Shown here in pieces: positions 28,011 through 36,809 of a stretch of 64,000 nucleotides of DNA. The notes beneath the pieces were generated by a model, which saw only the letters and a list, made by a program, of their open reading frames with translations, was not told the DNA's origin and searched no databases. Origin of the DNA: a bacterium (GTDB lineage Bacteria; UBA8248); the NCBI GenBank assembly GCA_963692865.2, contig OY843592.1:416001-480000 (forward strand). The letters are read 5' to 3'. Position numbers and translations under genes: made by a program. Positions within the stretch are counted from its first letter, which is position 1. Every line of letters begins with the position of its first letter.

Positions 28011-28620
28011 ATGGCGCAATCAGAGCGAATTGAAAGGCCGAAGCAGCTTCTCGTCGAGGGCAACGACCAACGAAATTTTTTCGAGGCGCTCATCAAGAAT
28101 CTGTCGCTTCCTGATATTCAGATACAAAATTACGGTGGCGGTGACGAGTTGAGAGCCTTTCTGCCTGCATTTGTAAAGGCGCCGAATTTTGATTCCATCT
28201 CAAGCCTCGGTATCGTGCGCGACGCAGAAAGGTCTGCGCCGTCGGCGTTTCAGAGTGTTCAAGGTTCGCTCGGCAAGGTAAGCCTGCCCGTCCCCTCCAA
28301 GACTGGAGCGCGGCAGAGCGGGAACCCGGATGTAAGCGTGCTTATCCTGCCGGATTGAAAGTTCTCCGGGCATGCTCGAAACGCTCCTTTGCCGGACGTT
28401 TGAGGGTTCGGAGGTGGATCGCTGTATCGACGATTTCTTCGAGTGCGCGGAGGCTTCGCCGAACGTGTCCATCGCAAACCCGGACAAGGCGCGCGCCTTC
28501 GCCTATCTGACGACGACGCCCAATCCACGGCATTCCGTCGGCGTGGCGGCGCAGCAAGGCGTCTGGAATCTCGATCATGATGCTTTCGAAGGCGTGCGCG
28601 ATTTTCTGAAGGCGCTTTAG
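28011..28620 (+). pseudogene. DUF3226-like (TOPRIM-like) protein split by a frameshift near 28356
   Basis: LLVEGND..LGIVRDAE..LILPD*, then in a shifted frame ESSPGMLETL..DKARAFAYL..WNLDH. Confidence 0.75.
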
Positions 28621-28670
28621 CCACACTGGCCGCAAATCCTCCCTCCTCTGTCAGCGAACCCTCCTTTATC

Positions 28671-28964
28671 GGGGCTGTTGAAAAAGTCCTTCTCGGTCGG
28701 GTTCGATCCGCCGTCATTCCGGCGAAAGCCGGAATCCATTTTGACTTTTCACCGGGCGGACGGCCACGACTTCGTCGCTGCGCAACGCCTGAATGCGGTA
28801 TCCGCGCGGAGTGAATGGCGGCGCGTAGCCGATTCCATCAGCGGATGAAAATGGATTCCGGCTTTCGCCGGAATGACGATCAAAAGCGAAGAGCAAAACC
28901 ACCTTCCCGCATTGGGCGGCGCTCTTTGGGCATCCTTTCCCCGGAGGGTTTTTTCAACGGCCCC
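28671..28964. mobile_element. MITE-like element with nested GTCATTCCGGC palindromic pair
   Basis: GGGGCTGTTGAAAAA / TTTTTCAACGGCCCC ends. Confidence 0.65.
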
Positions 28965-29279
28965 TTCCCGGTCGCGTTTGACCTTCGGCGGCTATTCAGG
29001 GTGAGGAAAACAAAAAACACCCTTATCCCGAGTAGGGCCGCAAGGCCGTATCGAGGGACGCCGGAAAACAGCCTCCTGCCTGAAAGGCAACCCCCCTGTC
29101 CTCCCCCTTTTCAGGGGGGTAGAAGTAATGCCCATGACGAGGGGCTTTTTTAATGACCTCTCATCGGCCGGGTTCGACCCCCGTTGACACCGCGCACCCC
29201 GCGTGAAAGCATCGGGGAAACATCATCCATCCAGCGGGCGTTCGCCGCCTCCCCCCCCATTCTCGATAAGGAGAAAAAG

Positions 29280-29876
29280 ATGATTCGGCGTATCGGTCGG
29301 TGTGCGGCCGCGGCGTGTCTTGCGGTTTTCGCGGCGCTCGCGTTTTTCCCCCATCAGGCGCAAGCCGCGAATAAGGACGTCGTCTTCATCAAGGCGTTCT
29401 ATCCCCTGGACGAGCCGAGGTTCCACTGCATCGACATTCCCGGGCACCGGGACCGCGTGAGAACCACAGCCGCCCTCCTCGTCCACACCTGCAAGGAGGG
29501 CATCTGGAACCTGGACGAGCAGTTCGACCCCGCCGCCGTGGGGAAGGGCATGCTCCGGATGCCCGAATACGACCTGTGCGTCGCCGCCGCTTCCGCGGCA
29601 GACGGCGCGAAGCTGATGCTGAAAAAATGCGACGGCTCGGCGCTCCAGGACTGGCGCTTTGCGAACTACCGCTTAAGCCTCAAGGCGCATCCCGGCAAAT
29701 GCCTCACCATCGGCCCTGAACCCTCGCGCCTCACGCGGGGCGGGCGCAGGCTGCCGAGCCGCCACATGGCGCGCTCCCTCGCCCTTGAGACGTGCTCCGA
29801 AGACGCGCTCGAAAGACAGCTCTGGCGGCTGGAGAAACCCATGGAGCGCACCGGCTCCATCATGCCGTTCAAGTGA
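29280..29876 (+). CDS. Secreted ricin-B-lectin-like domain protein
   Basis: Signal peptide; repeated CID/CV/CL...C...QxW motifs. Confidence 0.7.
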   Translation: MIRRIGRCAAAACLAVFAALAFFPHQAQAANKDVVFIKAFYPLDEPRFHCIDIPGHRDRVRTTAALLVHTCKEGIWNLDEQFDPAAVGKGMLRMPEYDLCVAAASAADGAKLMLKKCDGSALQDWRFANYRLSLKAHPGKCLTIGPEPSRLTRGGRRLPSRHMARSLALETCSEDALERQLWRLEKPMERTGSIMPFK

Positions 29877-30219
29877 GGGCGATGCGCAGGCGCCGCAGGG
29901 ACGGGCCCCCGCGCCTGTCCTGTATCGGACCGACGGGCGGACACGCGGGTCCGCCCCTGCGTCTCGTTCCGCAAAGGTTGGCAGGCGGCGGTTCCTCCCG
30001 CATTGGTCGGAATCGACCTCCCTCTTCGGTCGGAACCGACTCCTCGGGAGCGCCCCACGCATATCATGCGACCCGCGTCGTGAAGGCGGAAAGGCCGGGC
30101 CGCATGATATGTCAGACATATACGTCTGACCTGCGGGCGAAAGCCCGATTGATGCGGGAGGAGCCCCTCATCGAAAGGCACCCCCCCCTACCCCCCGGCA
30201 AGGTTTTTTTCAACAACCC

Positions 30220-30580
30220 CTACCAGCGCAGCGAACCGCGAAGCGCCACGCCGTGGACGGGGCCTTCGTTCTCGCGCTCGCGCACGCAGCCCTCGACGCT
30301 CATGCTCAGGCGTTCGCCCAGTCGGTAGGCGCCGCCCGTCCTCCGAGGCCGAGAGGCCCGCGTAGGGCGTGAGCATCCCGCCCGCGCCCCAGTCGCTTAC
30401 GTGTTCCCCTTCATGCGCGAGGAGCCCGCGCGCCTTGAGCTCCAGCGTGAGGCCCGAGGCGGGGTTCGTGAAGCGGAGACTTCCGCCCGCCTCGACGCCG
30501 AGTCCCTCGTCCGCGTCGCCCCCGTCATGGCGGAGGCCCGCCTCCACCGAGGGCGTGAACGCGCCGCCGGATCCGGCGTC
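30220..30580 (-). pseudogene. Autotransporter beta-domain remnant
   Basis: TPSVEAGLRHDGGDA..GLTLELKARGLLAHE..LTPYAGL, then frameshifted HGVALRGSLRW*; no passenger domain. Confidence 0.7.
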
Positions 30581-30659
30581 TTGCGCGTTTCGCCGGGGAA
30601 CCGGACGCCGTGAAGGCGCAATCCCCCGAATCACCGCGCGAAACGGCGTCCTCGAAACT

Positions 30660-30797
30660 CCCGGACGCATCTCGGGCCGTTCGGCGCACAGTCGATGAGG
30701 GGGAATGGAGGTGGGGCTTCCGCTTTTTCGGCCCCCGGAGGAGCCGCCTCGCGTTCAGCGGAAACCCGTGAAGCAAACTTCCGTGGATTGTATGCCG
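30660..30797 (-). ncRNA. Candidate structured RNA, copy 3
   Basis: GGGTTTCCGCT/AGCGGAAGCCC stem enclosing a CGGCTCC/GGGGCCG hairpin; TTGACA at 30832-30827. Confidence 0.5.
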
Positions 30798-30845
30798 GGA
30801 ATGATCCTGGGCGATTCGGTTCGAGTTGTCAAGCGGGGATAATGG

Positions 30846-31333
30846 GGGGTTGTTGAAAAACTCCTCTCCGCCTCATCCTGAGTAGCGGCGGAGCCGCGTA
30901 TCGAAGGGGACGCCTGCTCGCCACGGCGCGGAGGGCCGGTTCCCCCACCCTTCGATACGCCCCCCGCAAGCTCGGGGCTACTCAGGATGAGGGAGGGGAT
31001 TTGGCAGGTCGAACATATATGTCCGACATATCATGCGACCCTGCTTTCGCCCATGCCGGCCATGGGCCGCATGATATGCGGCCCCTACAGGTGAAAGCCC
31101 GATTGATGCGGGGGGACCGCCTCATCGAAAGGCGCCCCCCCCCCTACCCCCCCTTGTCAGGGGTCAATTTCGAGCGATGAGCGAGAAATTGCGTACCGAT
31201 GTGTTTCTCGTCAACGGCTTATGCAAACGCTCGTTCCTCACTCGCGTTTGACCCCTGACAAGGGGGGGGTGGTTTTCTCTCTTTGTCGGAGGGTGACGGC
31301 GATGCCTTCGGCGAGGGCTTATTCAACAACCCC
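30846..31333. mobile_element. Composite MITE/REP cluster
   Basis: GGGGTTGTTGAAAAA ... TTATTCAACAACCCC enclosing a CCTCATCCTGAGTAG..CGAAGG inverted pair and other palindromes. Confidence 0.6.
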
Positions 31334-32993
31334 CGGCCTGCGCGCGTTCTCTCTCCAGCTTGCGTAGAGCGCCCCGCTGTATCTTGCCCGTGGCCGTGAG
31401 GGGCAGGCTTTCGAGGAACTCCACCGCTCTCGGGTATTTGTAGGGCGCAAGCCGGGCCTTCACGAAATCCTGAAGCTCTCGGACCAGCGCGTCCCGCGCC
31501 TCGGGGGTATCGGCGACCGAGTCCGCCGAGAGGACGACGAACGCCTTCACGATCTCCCCGCGCTCGGCGTTCGGGGAACCGACCACCGCGCATTCCCGGA
31601 CTTTCGCGTGTTCGAGCAGCACGGCCTCCACCTCCAGGCCCGAGACGTTGTATCCCCCGGTGTTGATCATGTCGTCGGTCCGCGCCTCGAAGGAGATGTA
31701 GCCCTCCGCGTCGACGCGGCAGAGGTCGCCCGTCATGTTCCAGCCCTCGCGCACGTAGCCCCGCTGGCGCTCGGCGTCGTCGAGATAGCGGCACCCGGTG
31801 GGGCCTTTGACGATCATCTGCCCCACCTCGCCGGGCGGCGCATCGCGCATCCCCTCGTCCACCACGCGCACCCGGTAGCCGGGCACGGCGCGGCCGATCT
31901 TGCCGGGGCGCACGTCTTCCCCGCTCGCCGAGATGAAGATGTGCAGAAGCTCCGAGATGCCCAGCCCGTTGATGATCGAAACCCCCGTGCGCCCGCGCCA
32001 CTCGCGGAATACCGAAGGCTCCAGCGGCTCTCCCCCCGCGATGCAGGCGCGCAGGCTGGCCAGGCCGTACCCCTCCGCGATGTCGAGCATCTGCCTGTAG
32101 CCCGAGGGCGTGCTGAAGCACACCGTGCCCTTGTATCTGTCGATGGCTTCGAGCAAATCGCGCGGCGTTCCCCGCTCCAGCAGAACCGAGGACGCCCCGA
32201 AGCGCAGGGCGTCGGTGATGAAGGCGCAAAACCCGTACAGGAAGGCGATCTGCGGACTGCCGCAAACGACGTCTTCGGGCCCCAGGCCGAAAAGGTGTTT
32301 GGGGAACGTGTCCGCCACGGCGAGCAGGTCGCGGTGAAAATGCACCGTGCCCTTGGGCGTGCCCGTAGACCCCGAGGTGAAGCCGATGAGGGCCACGTCG
32401 TCCGCCGCCGTATCCGCGTTCCGGAACTCGGGCGAAACTTCGGCCATCAGGGCTTCGAGGCCGTCAGGCCCGTCGCCGCCGAACAGGACGACGTGCTTAA
32501 GCGTCTCTGAAGCCTTCGCCGCGGCCAGCAAATCCGCGCTCAGCTTCTCGTCGCAAACCGCGAAGCCGACCCTGGCTTTCTCCAGCACGTAGGCCAGTTC
32601 GCGCTCGCGCATCACGGGCATGGTCGGAATCACGACGCCGCCCGCCTTCAGGACCGCCAGGCACGCGGCCACGAGGGTGGGGTGGTTCGATGCGCGCAGG
32701 AGCACGCGGTTTCCGGGAACGAGGCCGAAGCGCTCCGTCATCACCGAGGCGATGCGGTTCGCGTTCTCGAGCAGCGCGCCGTAGCTCCAAAGCGTCTCGC
32801 CGTAATATATCGCGGGCCGCGCAGCCTGCGCGCCCACGGCCATCTCGTCTATCAACCCGGCGCCCGCGTTGATCCGCGCGGGATAGGCGGCAAGCTCCGG
32901 CAGCACGCCGTAGTCCATCTCCGGCCACAGGGATTCAGGCGGCAGGTTGTCCCGCGCGAAGGTGTCCGTGTGTCCGCTCGCCTCAGCCGGCAT
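31323..32993 (-). CDS. AMP-dependent CoA ligase (2-aminobenzoate/benzoate-CoA ligase-like)
   Basis: FTSGSTGTPKGTVHFHRD, TGD, YKYPR..LPLTATGKIQR. Confidence 0.88.
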   Translation of the reverse strand: MPAEASGHTDTFARDNLPPESLWPEMDYGVLPELAAYPARINAGAGLIDEMAVGAQAARPAIYYGETLWSYGALLENANRIASVMTERFGLVPGNRVLLRASNHPTLVAACLAVLKAGGVVIPTMPVMRERELAYVLEKARVGFAVCDEKLSADLLAAAKASETLKHVVLFGGDGPDGLEALMAEVSPEFRNADTAADDVALIGFTSGSTGTPKGTVHFHRDLLAVADTFPKHLFGLGPEDVVCGSPQIAFLYGFCAFITDALRFGASSVLLERGTPRDLLEAIDRYKGTVCFSTPSGYRQMLDIAEGYGLASLRACIAGGEPLEPSVFREWRGRTGVSIINGLGISELLHIFISASGEDVRPGKIGRAVPGYRVRVVDEGMRDAPPGEVGQMIVKGPTGCRYLDDAERQRGYVREGWNMTGDLCRVDAEGYISFEARTDDMINTGGYNVSGLEVEAVLLEHAKVRECAVVGSPNAERGEIVKAFVVLSADSVADTPEARDALVRELQDFVKARLAPYKYPRAVEFLESLPLTATGKIQRGALRKLERERAQAGGC

Positions 32994-33948
32994 GTCGCCT
33001 CGCCTCGGGCAGGAGTTCTCGGGCCAGCCGCGCCATGTGCTCCGCCTCCTCGTTCGCGGGCGCGGCCGTCTTGAAGATGAAGTGCCGGACGCCCGCCTCG
33101 CGGTACGCGGCGATTCGCTCGGCGCATCGCGCGACCGGGCCGTGGAGCAGGTATCTCTTCGCCGCATCGCGCATATCCATCCCATACCTCACGGAGAGGT
33201 TTTCCGCACCTTGTTGGAGAGCTTCATCCTCTTTATCACCCAGGTTCACGAACAGGTGAAGCGCGGGCGTCCAGGGCCGTTTCGGATCGTCCAGCGAGCG
33301 TCCCGCCTCATCCGCACAGCGGCGGACGCGCTCCACCGCCTTCCCGTAGCGCGAGGGTGAATAGAGATAAGGCGCGTAGCCGTCCGCCAGGAGAGCGGCG
33401 CGCCTTTGCGCGGCCTCGCTCCTGCCGCCCACCCAGATCGGCGGGCCGCCCGGGCTCAAGGGCGCCGGGCTCTGCCGCGCATCCGTGAAGCGGAAGAACC
33501 GCCCCTCGTGACTCACCGCCTCCCCCGACCACAGCTTGCGCAACACCTCGATGGCTTCGTCCGTGCGCGCGCCGCGCTCGGCGCCGGGAACACCGCAGAC
33601 CTCGAACTCGCGCGCCTCCTCGCCCCCCACGCCCACGCCGAAGACGAAGCGTCCGCCGCCGCTCAGGTAATCCACCGTGGCCGCCGCCTTCGCCGCGACG
33701 GCGGGCCGCCGCAAGGGCAGGAGATAGACGAGGCTGCCCAGGGTGATGCGTTCGGTCCTGGCCGCAGCGGCGGCGAGAGCGGCGAGGCTCTCCAGGTAAT
33801 TGCCGCGGAAGGCGACGTGGTCGTCCAGCCAGAAGGAGTCGAAGCCCGCCTGCTCCACCTTCTCGATGAAACCCAGGAAATCCGTGTGGGAGGGAGGATC
33901 GCCCGGCTGCATCCCGTAGCCGTATCCGTATTTCACCGCCTCGCTCAT
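32983..33948 (-). CDS. LLM-class flavin-dependent oxidoreductase
   Basis: GFDSFWLDDH, LSGGGRFVFGVGVG, PPIWVGG. Confidence 0.9.
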   Translation of the reverse strand: MSEAVKYGYGYGMQPGDPPSHTDFLGFIEKVEQAGFDSFWLDDHVAFRGNYLESLAALAAAAARTERITLGSLVYLLPLRRPAVAAKAAATVDYLSGGGRFVFGVGVGGEEAREFEVCGVPGAERGARTDEAIEVLRKLWSGEAVSHEGRFFRFTDARQSPAPLSPGGPPIWVGGRSEAAQRRAALLADGYAPYLYSPSRYGKAVERVRRCADEAGRSLDDPKRPWTPALHLFVNLGDKEDEALQQGAENLSVRYGMDMRDAAKRYLLHGPVARCAERIAAYREAGVRHFIFKTAAPANEEAEHMARLARELLPEARRHAG

Positions 33949-33967
33949 GGGAATCCTTGAGATAAAA

Positions 33968-35992
33968 TCAGACCGAAGCGCTTAAGCGCAGGTGTCCGTA
34001 GACGTCCCGTCTCGCCGTCCAGCCGGGAGGGACGAGGGTGTTCGAGCCGTATTCCTCGATTACCGCAGGCCCGCTGATTTCCGCGTCCACCGGCAGGGAA
34101 TCGCGCCGGTAGACGGGGCAATCGGGAACGTCTTCCTCGAAAACGACGCTTCTTCTCTCCACGAGCGCGTCGTCCAGCCCGCCGCCGGGGTTTTCCGCCT
34201 TCACCCACCCCAGCTTGTCCACCATCCCCGACGCCCGCACCCGCAGGTTCACGATTTCGAGCGGGTCGCCCGGATGGCAATGCCCGTAGCGCGCCTCGTA
34301 GCGGGCGTGGAACTCGCCGCCTAAGGCATCCAGCCAGCCTTTCGATTCAGGAACCGGAATCGTGAGCTCGAACGCCTGCCCCACGTAGCGAACGTCCGCG
34401 TAGCGGAGCGTCTCGATTTCATTCAAGCCTGCCCCGCGCAACTGCGCAGCGCAGGGAGTCTTCAAATCCTCGAAAATGCGCTCCAACGCGCTTTCCCGCG
34501 CGTTCTCCAGAGCGGCGAAGCACGTCCCGACGTTCTCCTGCACGGCGTCCGCCATGAGGAGGCCCACGGCGGAGAAATTCCCCGGAAAGCGCGGCACGAC
34601 GACGCTCGACATGGAGAGTTCCCCCGCTATGAGGGCGGCGTGCAGCGGACCCGCGCCCCCGTAGGCGAGCAGGGTGTGTTCCCTGGGGTCGAAGCCGCGC
34701 TCAATGGAAATCTCGCGGATCGAACTCACCATCTTCATGACGGCCAGGTCGATCACCCCGCGCGCCATCGAAACCGCGTCGGGAAGCCCCAACTCCCCGG
34801 CAAGCGACGCGAGGGCGCGCTCCGCCTTTTCGGGGTGGAGTGCGAGTCCCCCGGCCAGGGGTGCGCGCGGGCCGATGCGCGAGAGGGCGACGTTCGCGTC
34901 CGTCACCGTCGGCTCCTCGCCCCCGAACCCGTAGCACGCCGGCCCCGGACGCGCGCCCGCGCTCCTGGGGCCCACGTGGAGCGCGCCGTCCTCATCGCGC
35001 CAGGCGATGCTCCCCCCGCCCGCGCCGACGGCGTTGATCTGAAGCTGCGAGGTCTTGAGCGGATACGCGCCGATGACGTTCTCCGTGCTGACGACGGGCA
35101 TACGATCGCGGATGAGGCACACGTCCGTGCTGGTGCCGCCCATGTCGTAGGTGATGAGATGATCGATCCCCAGCGACTCGGCGAGAGACAGCCCGCCCAC
35201 CACGCCGCCCGCAGGGCCCGAGAGTATCGTGCGCACCGGAAACCGCGCCGCCCGCTCCGCGTCGAGCATTCCGCCGTTCGAAGCCATGATGAACAGGGGC
35301 GCGCGGCAGTCCCGCTCGCGAAGCGCTTCTTCCAGACGGCCCACGTAGTTTTTGATCCTGGGGCCGAGGTAGGCGTTCAGCGCCGCCGTGGAGAAACGCT
35401 CGAACTCTCGGTATTCGGGCACAACCTCATGAGAGAGCGTGAGATAGACCCCCGGCAGCATTTCCTCCAGATACTCCGCCGTGCGCCTTTCGTTCTCCCC
35501 GTTGGCGTAGGCGTGGAGATAGCAGACGGCGAGGGCTTCCGCGCCCAGGCGCTTCAGGCGTTCGGCCTGCTCCTCGACGTCGGCTCCCTCCACCCGCTTC
35601 TCGATGCGCCCGTCGGCCAGGGCGCGCTCCTCGATTTCGAGCCGCATCTCGCGGGGGACGACGGGCTTTGGCCGGACGAACTTCGGGTCGAACAGGCTCC
35701 GGGGCACGAGGCGCTGCGTCCTGCCGATCTCCAGAACATCGCGGAAGCCGCGCGTCGTCAAAATCGCGGCGCGCGCGCCCGCGCCTTCCAGTATCGCATT
35801 GGTGCCGACGGTGGTTCCGTGCGTGATCCGCCCGATGGCGGCGAGGTCGAGACCCTCCATCGCCTCGAGAAAAACGGCGTCCTCTCTCCCGCGAAGCGTG
35901 GGAATCTTGGAAACCTCTATCCGCTCCTCGTCCTCATCGTAGAAAACGAGGTCGGTGAAGGTTCCTCCGGTGTCTATACCGACAAGACTCAA
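33968..35992 (-). CDS. Hydantoinase A / oxoprolinase family
   Basis: GIDTGGTFTD, HGTTVGTNAILE, SGPAGG, DMGGTSTD. Confidence 0.95.
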   Translation of the reverse strand: MSLVGIDTGGTFTDLVFYDEDEERIEVSKIPTLRGREDAVFLEAMEGLDLAAIGRITHGTTVGTNAILEGAGARAAILTTRGFRDVLEIGRTQRLVPRSLFDPKFVRPKPVVPREMRLEIEERALADGRIEKRVEGADVEEQAERLKRLGAEALAVCYLHAYANGENERRTAEYLEEMLPGVYLTLSHEVVPEYREFERFSTAALNAYLGPRIKNYVGRLEEALRERDCRAPLFIMASNGGMLDAERAARFPVRTILSGPAGGVVGGLSLAESLGIDHLITYDMGGTSTDVCLIRDRMPVVSTENVIGAYPLKTSQLQINAVGAGGGSIAWRDEDGALHVGPRSAGARPGPACYGFGGEEPTVTDANVALSRIGPRAPLAGGLALHPEKAERALASLAGELGLPDAVSMARGVIDLAVMKMVSSIREISIERGFDPREHTLLAYGGAGPLHAALIAGELSMSSVVVPRFPGNFSAVGLLMADAVQENVGTCFAALENARESALERIFEDLKTPCAAQLRGAGLNEIETLRYADVRYVGQAFELTIPVPESKGWLDALGGEFHARYEARYGHCHPGDPLEIVNLRVRASGMVDKLGWVKAENPGGGLDDALVERRSVVFEEDVPDCPVYRRDSLPVDAEISGPAVIEEYGSNTLVPPGWTARRDVYGHLRLSASV

Positions 35993-36263
35993 TGCGCAGG
36001 CCGTCCCTGAAAATCATGCAAATAAACCGTACTCATGGTTGTTCATTCAGAAGGTTCCATGGCGATGATACATGGGTCTTTGAATCAACCAAAGGTTCTT
36101 TTGAGAATCACGCGCGATTCGATTCGCATTTCCCGGCGGCATATGATGCTCCAACCCGCCCGGATCAAGTTGAGGAATGAACTCTAAAACGATATGATTT
36201 CATTCGCGAGCGTTCCAGAGGACCCGATACTTCAACCCGAGTCCTTGAGGAGAGCGTGGGAAA

Positions 36264-36761
36264 ATGACGGAATTTCAAGCAGCGACATTGGCGTTAATGG
36301 AACTGAATATCTGGGTTGTCGCTATCGTCGGAGGCTTGCAATGCCTCCTGATAGGCAGCGGTATCGCCGCCATGCTGTGGGGGAACAGAGTCCGCTCGAA
36401 ACAGCAGGACGAGAATTCCGCGGCACTTAGAGAACTCATCGAGGAAGGCAGAGAATCTAGAGCGGCTTTCCGGGATAGCTTGAATGAACTTATCGAGGAA
36501 GGCAGAAAAGAACGCAGAGAATCCGGCGAAGCATGGAGAAAATTCATCGAGGAAGGCAGGGAACAGCGTAGAGAATCCAGCGAAGCCCTGAGTGCGCTCA
36601 TCGAGGAAGGCAGAGAATCCAGAGCGGCTTTCCGGGATAGCTTGAATGAACTTATCGAGGAAGGCAGAGAACGAGGCAGGGAGTCAAGAGAAGCGCTACG
36701 GGAAACCGTGGCGCAAAGCAGGGCGTCGACGGAAGCCTTGCAGGTCCTGCTCCAAAAATAA
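36264..36761 (+). CDS. Membrane-anchored coiled-coil protein with five 18-aa repeats
   Basis: N-terminal hydrophobic segment, (E/K/A)(L/F)IEEGR every 54 nt; RBS GAGGAG. Confidence 0.75.
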   Translation: MTEFQAATLALMELNIWVVAIVGGLQCLLIGSGIAAMLWGNRVRSKQQDENSAALRELIEEGRESRAAFRDSLNELIEEGRKERRESGEAWRKFIEEGREQRRESSEALSALIEEGRESRAAFRDSLNELIEEGRERGRESREALRETVAQSRASTEALQVLLQK

Positions 36762-36809
36762 AAACATCCTCATCAACTTGAATGCCATTCCCGAAATCAC
36801 CTTAACCGC

